In this document: piece by piece, positions 38,701-51,199 of the stretch | Numbering within the stretch: position 1 is the stretch's first letter | Layout: every line of letters starts with the position of its first letter | From: Podarcis gaigeae | Taxonomy: Eukaryota | Assembly: GCA_964106915.2 (NCBI GenBank) | Contig: OZ066914.1 | DNA length: 64,000 bases | Reading direction: 5' to 3' (one strand) | Notes under the pieces: generated by a model | The model's input: only the letters and a program-made list of their open reading frames with translations | Databases searched by the model: none | Told to the model about the DNA's origin: nothing | Position numbers and translations under genes: made by a program

Positions 38701-41700
38701 GTCTTCTTTCCCTTGCCAACTCAATGTATGAGTAGGATTTTTTTTTAAATGGTGGGAAAATATTAGTACACAAAGCTGCAGTCATAAGGACTCATTAAAC
38801 TGAGATGAATTAAACTACATGTTTAGCACATTTATTTTGCAATTTCTACTCTGCTACTTGGTTCCACAGTGCCTTGAGAATGCTACTGTATAGAACTCAG
38901 CAGATATTCACTATAGTCCAATTTACACAAAACAGAAATGCACAAGAAGAAATACTGCTAATCTTATGAGGTGCAAACTTAAGAGTTAGCTGTTTATACC
39001 AAACAAAAAACAAACAAAAAATAGTAGTGTTTTGCCACATCAGCAGTTACTAGTTCTATCATCCAGATTTCCTGCTGGATGCAATAAATTGTCTGAGCCA
39101 AGGTATTCACAGGATATATTTGTGGGTTTTTTTATATTTTTAAGTTATGAACCACCTTGAGATCTACGGATGAAGGGCAATATATAAATTTAATAAATAA
39201 ACAAATAATCATAGGTAGCTAGTCATGTTAATGATTGTTCTATACTGCTTTTAATGGTTGTTACACTTCTAAATTGTACATATCTATATATTACAGAGGT
39301 ACTGTATTTATAGACATATATAAATACTTGTACAAATAAGATTATTTAGATGATTTATTGAAATGATTGATATACCACTGTTTGCACAAGCCACAGGTTT
39401 ACAGTAAAGAAAACAAATCAAAATCCATAACATTCATAAACACAACACAATCCTTATGAAGGAACTTGTGTGCTGTGAAGTTAGTTCAGAACTTTAATAC
39501 AACTGTGTATTCTCACACTGGCCTTCCTTAAGTAATCAACTTTAGGTTTATTTATTTCATAGGCGTCAGCTGCAGTGGGATTTTTTTTATTTGATTCTAA
39601 GGAAAGGAAGGATATAAAGTAACAAAATAAACCAAACAAAAAGACAGAATAAAGCGAAAGGGAAGAGGATTTTTTTACTTCTAAAAGTTGAAGGCTTCCG
39701 CTTATGCAGGTATACTGAAGTATACTAAAAGGCTCAGGCTTAAAGAAGGCCAACCCAAAACAATTTTATGGAATAAAATTTGAAATAAAAACCTTTCTGT
39801 GATTCATGTTTTTCAGTTTTGCCCTGGTATTCAAAGCCAACAGCACTTTTGTCCACTTTCTCCTTGTCCACGCCATATTTACCACCAAAACCTTTGGAAT
39901 AATCTGGAGATGGGAGGGGGGGGGAATAAAAAAATCATCATAGCAGTGCAAACTAAGACACTAAATTCTTTCTATTGATAGCTCTTTGGCTAGCAGTGGT
40001 CAGTTCACAAATTCTCTTGCTCATCACTCCAAATGAGTATTCAAGTGCTGACTTGCATGTGTGAAAGAGCCATCACTACCCAACCACCACAGAGGACACT
40101 TTCACATCACAAGACATCGAGTTCATCCGTATTTTTCAAAAAAAAAAATGGAGAAGGAAAAGAGAAGCGGTTTTTTATTCCCTGAAAAACGACCTTCTGG
40201 AGAACAAATGCTTGCAGTAGCTTCTCACTGCCTCCTGCAAAAACTGAACAGAAACAGAAAGAGACTGGTTTCTTCCACAGAGAATAAAAGTACATAATTC
40301 CTCTCATGGTTTTGCAGAAAGGAGCAGCAGCAGCAGCAGCAACAAAAATATGCAAATAAAAGCCTAACTACCTCTTATCCCTGGCAAACACCCCCCACCC
40401 CCCATAACAGAGAATTGGGAATAAGAGGTCATTTTCCACAAACAAGCAAATCAGGATTTGTTGGTTGGTTGATTTTTTTGGAAACCCATTACCAAGCTTT
40501 TGAAAAGAGACACTTTTTCTTGGTTTTCCACCACTGCAGCCGGAACTCAGAATTTAGAATCTGCAGGTATTAAGACTTTCTATCAAATCTACTAGATAAG
40601 CTTCTCACCTCCTCTAACGACAACTCTGGATTGAAGAGAACTCCTGTGTTAGCTAAACTGTGAGAATTCTCAAACACAAAAGGAATGTTATTTGTTGAGT
40701 TGATGCTATAAAAATGAGTTGCTGCCCTATTTTTTAAAGAGGGGATTTATTTATTTTTTTACAAATTTACCATCATAGCACAAGCTCCTGAAATTTTAAA
40801 AAATGCACAGAATATAATGTAAGTAATAAACCTTTCTGCGATTCATGCTTCTCTGTTTTCCCTTGGTAGTCAAATCCCAATGCGCTCTTGTCTACCCTGT
40901 CAGCCTGTACTCCATATTTCCCACCAAATCCACTTGAGTAGTCTGAAAAACAAGCACATTGAAATAATGTCAGAAACTGCATGGATGCCAGTTGAACCAG
41001 TGGCGTAGCGTGGGGGGTGCAGGGGGGGCCGGCCGCACTGGGCGCAACATCTGGAGGGGGCGCGTTCGCACTCGCAGCTCTCTGCCCCTACCTGGCTCCA
41101 CGGGTTAGGGGGCGCAAATTACTTGCCTTGCCCCGGGTGCTGACAACCCACGCTACGCCACTGAGTTGAACAATTCTGAAGATGATGCTAATTAGTGGCA
41201 CCTCCTTCAATAATTACCTCCCTGCCACCCTTATAACTATGAAAAGAGTAGTTTGAAGCATGCTAAAGAGTAAATATTTGGCATTTATGCAATAGTCACA
41301 GTTACAGTAACTTTACTGAAGGATATCTGATATGTTAGGGGTAAGGCCTAGACTGTATACCGCCACGCTCTTCACACGATTTTGACGTGTGAAGGAAATG
41401 AATGCCTTAATAAGGCTTCCATCTGAGTGGCTATTCAGTTAGGAAGAGTTAGGAATAGACTCAATACTTAGGTACTAAACACAAATGATATTCTGTAGAA
41501 AGTCTCTTGTAACAAAAGATCCTCTTGTTTAAAGGCTCCTTTACCTTTCTGAGAAGCATGTTTCTCGGTTTTCCCCTGGTATTCAAATCCCACAGCAGAC
41601 TGCAGAAATTAAAAAAAATGAAAATTATTTGAATAAAAATAAAAAGTATTACAATAGTATTCTAAATGAAGAAGCACCCCCAAATGACACTTACATGTGA

Positions 41701-44700
41701 ACCATCTTAATACAGCCACATCAACACCTACACTATAAAAATGTAGGAGGCAGCTATCAAACGCATTTCTAGAAATACAGGAAGTTGTTTACCTGGTCAA
41801 CCCTATCGACTTGCACACCAAACTTCCCACCAAAACCTTTCACCGAGTCCACCTGGGAACAGTGCTGAGAAAGCTTAGACTGATATTCATGACCAACAGC
41901 TGACTAGAAGAACAAGAAAAGACACATTTTATATAAACATATGCACCAATTAACTTCCACCTAGAGAAAGGAAAAACCTATTCATTCAACACGAAATTGA
42001 ACAAGTACTATGGTTACTGGGTCCTCCCTGTGGAAACTGAAGTTTGTATAAGCCAAATGACATCAGAAAGCTAAGGGCCTCAATGAACAATTAAGAGCGC
42101 TTTTAAGATTATTCAAACAAGTTAAACCACGGCTGCTCTGTATTTCTAAGAAAACACGTAACTTTAAAGGTTCGACCTTGGTTGCCTTTTCTACTTAAAT
42201 TGTACAAGACAAGCAAAGATTGCAGTCTTGTCTCCATGTATATTGGAGGGTGGGGGACCCTTTTGGCCAGATCTTTATCTCCCCCATGCCAGAAAGCCAC
42301 CTCTGACAGGTGGATGGGACCAGCTACTTGTCAGTCATCTGTTGTCATACTGAACTAGATGGGACTGAACTCCCTGCGGATCAGGTGATGAAGTTGGTGG
42401 TTCAGTCCTGCTTTGTGCAGCTTCATCTCTACCTGCTTCACACCTGACATCACATATGACATCAGGTGGGCTGGGTTTCAGAGAAACAGCCTCCTGGGCC
42501 AGTTGCTGGTGGGCCAAGTCTGGCTTGCGGCCTGGAGGTCCCCATCCAAGATATATATGAACATGATCTCTTCAGCTGATATGATTGTAAAAATCCAGCT
42601 TTCTTGTTATTTTTACTTTTCCAAATAAGGTTTAAATTTCAAATTCAAAATGTATTTATAGGTGCAAAGGTTCTTGAGCAAGTCACTGACAGGGAGGTAT
42701 TTGTTCATTTCATGGACTGGACTGTTATAGGATGTGTGATCTTTGTTGCATATTTTGTTGTTTCTTCAACTTGGTAAATTGCCTTGTGTACAGCAATATA
42801 GAAAGGCGGTATACAAATTAAAAGTGAACTGGGGGAGGGATTCCATTACCTCAGCTTATAAGAGTCAGTACTTCCATTTACCAAAATATATGCAGACTCA
42901 ATTGTAAATAGCAAAGGGGGAAAAGCCAATGCACTAGGAGTATCATGGTCTGGAGATGCAAGAAGGCCACAGGAAAGGGATAGCCCTTAACCACTACAAA
43001 CTTCGTTTTGAACTATCCTTGTGTGAATGTGGCCCACTTGGTATCTATGAGAAATCAAGCATTTAGTGTGGCTACCCCATCAGTGTGGAATGCCCTCCTG
43101 AAGGAATTCCACCAAGCATCTCTGCTTCTTATTTTTTTAGATGTCTTTCAAAGACTTACTTATGTCAATAGGTTTTTTCAGCTGGATAAGTTTTATGTGA
43201 CCAGTCAGACAGTTTCTGTTCTTTGATGCTTACCGTGACTGTATATGCGCTTTACACTACTTTTTCTATACAAGTCGTCAGTATATTAAATATTGTTACA
43301 AAGAAAAAGTATAAATAAAATAAAGGCTGCCATTACTGCGTCAGCAGTTATGGCAGCTATTTTACCAGAAAGCATCTTCCAACTGCAAGAGAATTCAGCT
43401 AAAATTGTGCCTTCAGTGTGCACTATGTTGTGTTGTGCTGCTATCCTACAGGAAGCCACCAGACACTCTCTTCCTTTCCCAAAGTCTCTATCAAGCATTA
43501 ACAACTTCCTCCACATTTGGTCTCCACATTTGTCTTCCTGCAGAGCAGGAGAGATGCTAAGCATGTGCCTTATCAAACAGGAGCTTTTCTAGCGCACAGT
43601 TTGCCATTTCTGAGTTTCAAAATAAAATAATAACAGAGTTTTCAGCATGGGAGGAGGTACAACAGGTTTCTATTCCAAACTGCAATGACCAGAAACAAAA
43701 TCTATTGGGACTGTGGGATAAACAATTTAATGATTGTACTAGGTTTGCATAAGTCAACCTGCAGATCAGATTTAAAGAGAAAGAGAGAGTTCTAGTAAAA
43801 TCATAGCCTCTTTCATCAGCTGAGGTAGTTTCAACTTGACCCAAGAGCTAGTTCCTCAAATCCTGTGTTCAGAATTAAGATACTTGGGGATTTTCCTCTT
43901 CATCATCTGTCTGCTGAGGTAAGAGCTTGTGGTTGCTGCAACCCACACTCAGATTTACTAACCACAATTCTCCTTCATGAATTGTAAGGATCAGAGGCCA
44001 TTTACCGCATGCCACAATGCAGGCTAGAGTATTGCAGTGTGTATATTCCACCTGGCACCACACTGACTCATCAAGTACGGAGGCAACATATCTCTTAGCA
44101 AATCTGGCCAATGGCTTTCTGCAATTCTTATTTTAGACTCCTACTACCTCTATGCCTTAATCAATAATAACTTTTTTTTCTTTTAAAGCCAATAATCCTC
44201 AGCATTCTCAATCAATTTCAGTTGTCATTCTAGCCCATTTGAGCACAGAAATGGTCTTGCCTTGCCCTCTGAGATCACCTTTCCCAGAAGGCAGTCGTGA
44301 GGGTTTCAATCCTGTGGGTTCTCCTAAACCTCTCAGCGGCTTTTAAGTCTATCAGCAGTATTACCCTTCTGTCATTTCAGCACCAGGCAGGAGGTTTTAT
44401 TTTTATTTATTTTTAATTCAATTTAGCTTCATATTCTTAATATGACTTCACCACCACCACTGTCATTATACTCTTAAGTGTTTTGTTATTGAATTTGTTT
44501 TAGTTCTTGTCGCGGGATGTCCTGAGAACTCTGCTACTGGGCAGTGATAGTGAGGGTCTGTAGAGAGAGGGAGAAGATGTCAAAGGCTTGATTCATGAAT
44601 GGAAGAGAAGTCAGCATGAATGTCAATTATGTATGTGAGTTAGACATTTCCTCAATTTAGAAAGTGTACTGGAAATATTAAGCACCTTCCCAGGAGCAGG

Positions 44701-47700
44701 ACATGACACAAGGTACTTTCACTTCCCTGCAGTTAGAAAGCAAAACTAAGAGCTGGACGGATTGCGAAGTCAAATCAGGCCAACTTTTCCACTATCCCAA
44801 GATCCCTGTCAAAGGAATGCAACAATAGCACCAGACACCCAGAAGCAGAAAGAGGGACAGGACATTTGAGCATGAGGCAGGGTCCAAGAAAGCCTGACGA
44901 GGCCCCTGTTTGGCAAATCATGCCTGTACACAGCACATCAGCCGTGCAAACCCTTCTACACTTACTTTGTCCATGCGGTCTTGTTCCACGCCAAATTTTC
45001 CTCCATAGCCATGGGAAGCTTTTGGTCCTGTTTGAAGTTCCTTCTCCTTGAGAGTCTGATGCTCTTGGGATACATTCTCCCTCAGCTTATGTATGCTTTT
45101 TGAGACAAAACCAATTAAAAACAAGAGAAATTGCAGTAAAAGATGCCACTTTGATCTAGCTCTCGCCTCCTGTGCCATTTTTGCCCTTCACATTTTTAAT
45201 TATCTTTAGGAAGAGAAAGAAACTACATCAACTCCTCCTGTAATTAAATAAAAATGACTATTTGCATACCCGTTTCAGAATCCTTCTACATTATTCCCAC
45301 CCCTCTGCACACACATACCTTGCTGCTTTAAACAGAGGAAGAAACCTAGGGGAGGAGTTCAATGTCGTACTAAGGTTTCAGCTTGCCAAACAAAGCAATC
45401 CCTCCTCTCCTTCCTCCATGCACTGTTCTTGAGGTTCACCCAATCCGCCCAGAGCTAATTTTGGGGAGCACACAGGGGGCAGGGGAGGACAACCCTGTTG
45501 TGCAAACAGAAGTCCTTGTGTGGGGCTTCTGCTGATGGGACTCATTAGCTGATTCCTGCCTGAGAAGTCTGCAGTAAGGAAATTCAAATGCTAATACTGC
45601 AGTGCATTACACATCCGAAATGCAAAATATTTCAGTGCTTTCACCATCCTGTCCAGATAGTTCATCAATCATCCAAGATTTTGCAGGGCAAAAATATGAT
45701 TTCTTGTGCTGACCGAAGTGTAAGAAGTCACAGGCTATACCCATCGTATCATTTATCTCACACTGTGTGGAGCTGCCTTTAAACTATCTGTCCCGCAAAT
45801 TGATATTGTTATAATTTGGCTATTATTGCGGAAACATTTGAAAACTAATAAAAAATTACTTATGAAAAAAATTAAATTAACTGTCCCTGTTTTATTGCTA
45901 CCTTCTTAGTAGCTCCTTTTTGCATCTTTTTTTCCACCTTGAACTCATCCTTCTTCACCATGGGTGACTAAAAATTAAGCACAGTACTCCAGATATGGCC
46001 CCAGTCACCTGTAATCCAAAGGGCCACCATTTTCTACTGCCCTATGTACCCTGTTTACAGCTCATGACATTTTTCAGAAAAGGGCCGTTCATCCAACGCT
46101 GTTCCTCCTAGCAATAAACATGCAGGTGCTGTCTGCCCTGCCACCTTACCTGATAGTGCAATCTGCATTCTTGTACTATTCCAGAGATGGAGCTACTTCA
46201 AGCATTAATGTACAATGTCAGAAGCTATGCTGCTATTATGGCTCACCATGTTTCTAACATGCCTTTAGGAACAGACAATTGTCGCAAAAATTTCCAAACT
46301 ATGTTTTGAAGCATACCACGGACCAAATAACCAGAGCTGAGTAGGAAAACTGGTTCCTCAACTGTGTCACATGCTCAAGAAACATTTGTTTTCAATATTT
46401 AGAGCAGAAGGCCATTACAGTCATACCTTGGTTTTCAAACAACTTAGTTCTCGAACATTTTGGCTCCTGAACGCTGCAAACGTGGAAATGAATGTGCCGG
46501 TTTGGAAACTATTTTTGAAAGCTGAACATCCAAACGGGGCTTCCACGGCTTCCGATTGGCTGCAGTAGCTTTCTGCAGCCAATCAGAAGCCATGCTTTGG
46601 TTTCCAAACATTTTGGACGTCAAATGGACTTCCAGAACGGATTCTGTACTGATGTCTTCATAACCTTCAGATTTCTTTACAGCAATACTATCTACCTTTC
46701 AAAACTGATCATTAGGTTACCATTCAGATAAGTTACATACGGCTATGTTTTTCGCCAACTGCAGGCCCAGCCTTAGACTGAACTCCCACCAGAGAAATAA
46801 GAATGGCTGCAATGCACAAGACTTAGGGCAGAAGATCTGAAATTTTGCCCTTCTATTTCTGAGACATTGTATGTAGCAATGAAGGTGGTAGCTGGAAGCA
46901 GTTTTTCACTTCCCTTTAGAACATATAAAAACATATGAGCCCTCACAGTGACAGCAGTGGGCTGGTGAGCATGCCATTCAATTAATATCTAAACCACAAT
47001 TAAGAGATTAAGAGTGAGCTGTCTGATAACATGCTTATACCCCACCCCCGTCTCTCCCTAAAGCAAACTCCTTATCCAAAGTTAAAGGGCATTTCGACAC
47101 CGATATTATCAGCAGCTAATGTTAACTACCTGTTTAGCCAAGGATTCTTGACCAGCTTCAAACTTTGGTTAAGAGCCCTGGGTTAAAAGATGAGGCCCAT
47201 TACGTGCACGCAGCCTCTGTTTGCTGTTTTTCTAGAGCAAGGCTCTTTTCAGGCTGAGGACCACATTCCCTTCAGGGCAATATTTGTGGTGGGTGGGGCC
47301 AGAGGCAATAATGAGAGGAGCAACAGATATGCATTTTAGCTTTGCACAGCAGGCTAGTTTCTATATATGCATACACTCCACCCTGCAAGAGACATGCTCA
47401 GTATTCACATTCTAGCCAGGCAAAAACACTTGAGGAAGGAAGGATGTGGCTGGGAAGAGACCCAAGGGCCAGATGGAGAGGGCTCAATGGCCATATTTGG
47501 TTCCCAGGGCCTAAGGTTCCCCACCTCTGCTCTAGAAATGGAATAACGTGCCAAAACTATCACCAGAATCACAGTTTTAAGACCATGAAAGAAGTGGCTT
47601 ACTTGATGTGTTCTTGGTGACCAGATCCCTGCACAGTTTTAGCACCCCAGCGCTGTTCTTTTTCACTCACATCATTCTGTAAAGTACACAGGAAAGAGAA

Positions 47701-48360
47701 ACAGGTTAAGCAGCAATTACAATTGAACCAGAGCGTTCAGAGGTGAAAGAGACTTTAAGGCCTGTAACGAAAGCAAATCCTACAACTGCATCCTCCCATC
47801 TGTCACTGGTCATTTTGGCTAATTTCAATTTCATATCCTGCCCTCTTCCAACAAGTCCTTCAGCAGGAGAAACATCCAGCTGCTAAAAAACCCCAGTTAA
47901 ATTCATTTATTTGTTGTGTACAAACATAAGCATGTCCCTCCCGATGACTCTCAGACTTTGACTTAAGATTCCACCTAAACATTAGGAAGAACTTCCTGAC
48001 AGTAAGAGCTGTTCGACAGTGGAATTTGCTGCCAAGGAGTGTGGTGGAGTCTCCTTCTTTGGAGGTCTTTAAGCAGAGGCTTGACAACCATATGTCAGGA
48101 GTGCTCTGATGGTGTTTCCTGCTTGGCAGGGGGTTGGACTCGATGGCCCTTGTGGTCTATTCCAACTCTATGATTCTGTGATTCTGTGATTCTATGACTT
48201 AGCAAGCCCTAAATTACTTGCTTTGCTCTGATTCTAACTAGCATGGCTAGTATTTAGAGAAAGTTTCTAACCATACCACAAAGTCAGGATCTGTTTCCCA
48301 GTCATCAGCACCATCATCTTGGCTGACACTGAGAGTGTGGCCTGCACTTGCTTTCCACAT
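24544..48360 (-). CDS. CTTN: Cortactin (Src substrate), spliced CDS of 16 coding exons, 560 aa
   Basis: Exon lengths 84,74,130,111,55,111,111,111,111,56,70,149,120,184,69,137 sum to 1683 nt with consistent phases. Contains the NTA DDW motif, 6.5 HS1/cortactin repeats, helical region, Pro-rich region and SH3 domain ending ANYVELRQ*. Confidence 0.97.
25677..26512 (-). mobile_element. Young 5'-truncated L2-clade LINE 3' end in the CTTN last intron
   Basis: ORF pieces [20 protein letters not shown] and [32 protein letters not shown]; 3' UTR and (TTA)n tail. Confidence 0.93.
26679..26725. repeat. Compound microsatellite (TG)14(CG)9
   Basis: Read directly from the sequence. Confidence 0.95.
26800..26868 (-). 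CDS. CTTN: CTTN exon [23 protein letters not shown] (start of SH3)
   Basis: 69 nt, AG/GT, ALYDY SH3 motif. Confidence 0.96.
27530..27713 (-). CDS. CTTN: CTTN Tyr-rich exon [61 protein letters not shown]
   Basis: 184 nt, AG/GT, phases fit the neighbouring exons. Confidence 0.93.
28956..29075 (-). CDS. CTTN: CTTN Pro-rich exon [40 protein letters not shown]
   Basis: 120 nt, AG/GT; carries the TP/SP and SPVYE phosphosite motifs. Confidence 0.95.
29698..30026 (+). mobile_element. Sauria SINE (Squam1, lacertid-like) with 12-bp TSD
   Basis: Head GGGACGCAGGTGGC, body GTGCAAGTAGATAAATAGGTACC, tail CCTTTACCTTT; TSD TGTATCCTTAAG at 29687-29698 and 30026-30037. Confidence 0.95.
32693..32841 (-). CDS. 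CTTN: CTTN helical-region exon [50 protein letters not shown]
   Basis: 149 nt, AG/GT (donor GTCAGT). Confidence 0.95.
33752..33821 (-). CDS. CTTN: CTTN exon [23 protein letters not shown]
   Basis: 70 nt, AG/GT. Confidence 0.95.
34818..34873 (-). CDS. CTTN: CTTN final half-repeat exon [19 protein letters not shown]
   Basis: 56 nt, AG/GT. Confidence 0.96.
35909..36133. mobile_element. Tc1/mariner-superfamily MITE
   Basis: TIRs CAGTGGTACCTC.GGTTA / TAACC.GAGGTACCACTG; TA TSD, inserted in a (TA)n run. Confidence 0.92.
36731..36841 (-). CDS. CTTN: CTTN repeat exon [37 protein letters not shown] (GC donor; equivalent of alternatively spliced mammalian exon 11)
   Basis: 111 nt, acceptor TTTCTCAG, non-canonical donor AAG|GCATAG. 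Confidence 0.93.
36975..38050 (-). mobile_element. Degenerate L2-clade LINE (RT C-terminus + 3' UTR)
   Basis: Minus-strand motifs [22 protein letters not shown]-like, LNLGKTEVL; tail near 36990. Confidence 0.88.
38492..38602 (-). CDS. CTTN: CTTN repeat exon [37 protein letters not shown]
   Basis: 111 nt, AG/GT. Confidence 0.96.
39793..39903 (-). CDS. CTTN: CTTN repeat exon [37 protein letters not shown]
   Basis: 111 nt, AG/GT. Confidence 0.96.
40832..40942 (-). CDS. CTTN: CTTN repeat exon [37 protein letters not shown]
   Basis: 111 nt, AG/GT. Confidence 0.96.
40998..41163. mobile_element. Young GC-rich hAT-type MITE
   Basis: Perfect 17-bp TIR CAGTGGCGTAGCGTGGG / CCCACGCTACGCCACTG; perfect 8-bp TSD AGTTGAAC. 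Confidence 0.95.
41545..41599 (-). CDS. CTTN: CTTN half-repeat exon [18 protein letters not shown]
   Basis: 55 nt, AG/GT; shifts the repeat exons to phase 1. Confidence 0.96.
41793..41903 (-). CDS. CTTN: CTTN repeat exon [37 protein letters not shown]
   Basis: 111 nt, AG/GT, phase 0-0. Confidence 0.96.
42245..42550. mobile_element. Degenerate hAT-type MITE
   Basis: Inverted ends GGGTGGGGGACC / GGTCCCCATCC; internal TGACATCA repeats. Confidence 0.55.
43010..43260 (+). mobile_element. Old L2 3'-end fragment
   Basis: [16 protein letters not shown] motif, same as the C-terminus of the other L2 copies. Confidence 0.7.
44966..45095 (-). CDS. CTTN: CTTN exon [43 protein letters not shown]
   Basis: AG/GT bounded, 130 nt, start of repeat 1. 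Confidence 0.96.
46417..46650. mobile_element. Degenerate Tc1/mariner-type MITE
   Basis: TA|CAGTCATACCT left end; internal palindrome GCTTCCGATTGGCTGCAG..CTGCAGCCAATCAGAAGC. Confidence 0.6.
47238..47529. mobile_element. Degenerate hAT-type MITE
   Basis: Right end GGTTCCCCACCTCTG; TCTAGA in both flanks, consistent with a hAT target site. Confidence 0.55.
47603..47676 (-). CDS. CTTN: CTTN exon [24 protein letters not shown](N)
   Basis: AG/GT bounded, 74 nt, cortactin translation. Confidence 0.96.
47963..48197 (+). mobile_element. CR1 LINE 3' end
   Basis: [40 protein letters not shown]; 3' hairpin region and (ATTCTRTG)n tail. Confidence 0.93.
48277..48360 (-). CDS. CTTN: CTTN first coding exon, [28 protein letters not shown] (NTA, Arp2/3-binding DDW)
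   Basis: AG|ATG at the exon start, donor GTATGG, 84 nt. Confidence 0.96.
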
Positions 48361-50848
48361 CTGAAATTTCAGAAGAAACAGTGACATTAGAATAAAAAAG
48401 GTTTCATACTTGCAGTAGAAAATAATTCTGCAAGAATCACATTATTATTGCCAGGAAAAATATATAGATTCCACCCAGTGAGAGGTTGGTTAATGGCTTT
48501 GCTATGGTTAGATACTGCCAACAACTGCAATTCTAAATGGGTGTACATTTAGCTAACCCCACATTGTTGCAAGCTGAATACTCTTGCCATTATTCCACAG
48601 CTAGGAATAGTTACTGGCACCATTTCAAAGGAAAAGGAGGAAATTCATTCCGGTAAGAGCCAACATTCATATGTTTGATTCATTCATTCATCTGAAACAC
48701 ATTGTGAACCAGCAACAGAAAGGGAGGCCTGTTCAGAGAAGGCAAGACACAAGCTGAACTGTTTAGCCAGCTCACCTCTGCACACTTACTGCAATACAAG
48801 GTAGTTTTTGCTTCTACTATTATTTATTGCAATTATGGAAATGGGTGATTTTAAAGGTAGCTTCTCTTTATATAAATGAGTTTCAACTGGGATAAAAATG
48901 GCCATGGGCATTAATTAAAGACATGTGGACAATCTGGAGCAATTTCTTGCAGTTTGAAGACCACCCCAGTTCCATATAGCTCCTCTCCCCACAAAACATA
49001 CCAGACCAAAAATAAGGCTGCAATGCTCTGCAAATCACGCTGATTTCAGCCAGGCTCACTTTAGAGTAAGTGTGCTTGGGATTACATACAGTTATCAACA
49101 TTCAGAGAGGATCAGAGGTACTGCACAACCGACAGCATTTCAGCCTCTCCTCTTTTGCAGACACAAGAGATATTGAGTTTTCCTTTCCAGCTCTAACCTT
49201 TCTAGTTTTCCACTGAACATGGTTAGCAGCTCAGTGGCTTTAAATTTCCTATGCAATTTGCTGTTCTGGCCAATTTCTTTCAAACCAGGCTGGAGAGAAA
49301 CGTTATCCATGAGTCATTGACTCACACAATTTCTGGAAAAGGGGTAAGGGGGTGGGGAATAGAGAACTCAGACAATCAGACACGCTGGCTACTTTGTTCT
49401 ACTGATTCTTCAGCAGCCAGAGAGGAATATTATTACTGTATCATTATTATATTTGTACCCCACACATCTGACTGGGTTCCCCCAGCCACCCTGGGTGGAT
49501 TTCAACATATCAAAACATAATAAAACATTTAAAAAAATTATCCAGACTGTAGTCAAGAAAGGAGGGTGGCATGCAGAGTGTATTTTATACAGCAGGAAAG
49601 TAAAAAGTGGTGTAGCAAGTCAACCCCAATTGCCTCAGAAGAATTTTTTCACATTAGCTACCCATCCTATAGGTCTGTGCTATAGAAGATAAGGTTACTG
49701 CATTTGTGTACATATCCTCCCTAAGTGAGCAAAGAGCAGGCCTCAAAATAATACCTTAAATTAACCATTGTCAGTAAACTCCCTTTCATGGGTATTTGGA
49801 GTTTCTTGACTTGTATACCACATTTCTGCAGGTATACTACATATACTGTATGTGCCATTTGGGTCAGAAAGTCAGATACATCCAGCATCTATTAATTTTA
49901 GGACTACAGGCTTCTCTGTGCCTTTAAAAACAGTCTGGCATGCAAATACTGGGCAAATGAAGCTTTTCATATCACTAGTTCAATATCAGGAAACTGGTTT
50001 GCCACCAACTAGTGTTGGGTAAAATATAAATACACTCTTTATCACTAAACCATGGTTTGGCCATCAGATAACATTTTGTCTGGACCCAACTTCTCACGTC
50101 GATTAGAAAAAGAGGAATGAGGGAATCTATGGTCAAACGAATGTTGGGCTCCGAACTCTCTCCAACCCCAGCCAGCATGACCAATGGTCAGGGTTGATAG
50201 AAACTGTAGCCCAGGAACATTTGGGGTGGGACACAGGCTTGCCAGCCCTGCTCTAGGAAGTGCAATGAAGTAGGAAATAAAACAGAGTGGGACATAGACA
50301 ATTAGATTCAAAGCTGAAAAGGCAAAGCAATGACCACAACAGAAATAAACATCTTCAATAAGCACTCTTCATTGAAACAGTGGATAGTCCAGTGGTATGT
50401 GGACTTCAGAATGAAAGAGTCCAACTTCTGCCTGCGCCATGAGTAACATTTTGTGTGACTGACTGAATCACAGGCAATGAACTACCACAGAATTACAAGC
50501 CGTTTCCAAATCCAGTTGAACAGTGCTCTTATCTGGATTCCGAAAGAACACTGTCTCACAGGATGACAAGGGTAGGCCCGGCACACATCAACATCCGTAG
50601 GATGAACATAACATGCAGTTAGGCAGTAGTTTTCAGACACATGATCTGAGGCAGTGCTCATGACCTGCTGCCTCCATAAACTATTGGTTCACGTGCCATG
50701 GCCTTTTGGTAATTATAAACATGGAAATGCATCTAACAAGCGCAAATAGGCATCCCCTCAATGCTCCAGGAAAATCATTGCGCATCTCCCTATTGCCTTA
50801 ATGGCTAAGAAGTGGGTGGGGGTGGGGTTCAATCACAGGACAAAGAGA

Positions 50849-51004
50849 AGGGCTATTAGCGTGGTGGCAGAGTGCCTATTTTGCACTCAGGTCTCCAGTT
50901 TCATCCCCAGCATCTTCAGGTAGCCTTGGAGAAATCTTGGAAGGCATGTAGACATGCTGAGCTAGATGGACCATTGCTGGGTGGGCCTGGCAGCTTCATA
51001 TCCT
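50849..51004 (+). mobile_element. Degenerate tRNA-derived SINE (Squam3-like); related copy at about 59283-59400
   Basis: A/B-box-like head and tail GAGCTAGATGGACCA...GCAGCTTC. Confidence 0.55.
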
Positions 51005-51199
51005 AGAGACACTTATGGGTAATTTTGATGGTCACCCTGCCAGAGTTCTTACCAGCTTTAAGCTTCTGGGGAGCAGCAACCCCAAGATGAAGCTGTCAAA
51101 TAACTTCCTTCTCCTGAGATCCAACACCACACACAATGATATTGTCCTGCTCCAGGCAAGCCCATCCAGTTTTCGCATCCACAGCCACTAGCCTGAATT

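Noticed and set aside
34818-45095. Regularly recurring ~111-nt similar segments, superficially array-like
   Set aside because: These are the cortactin repeat exons separated by introns, not a CRISPR array or tandem repeat.
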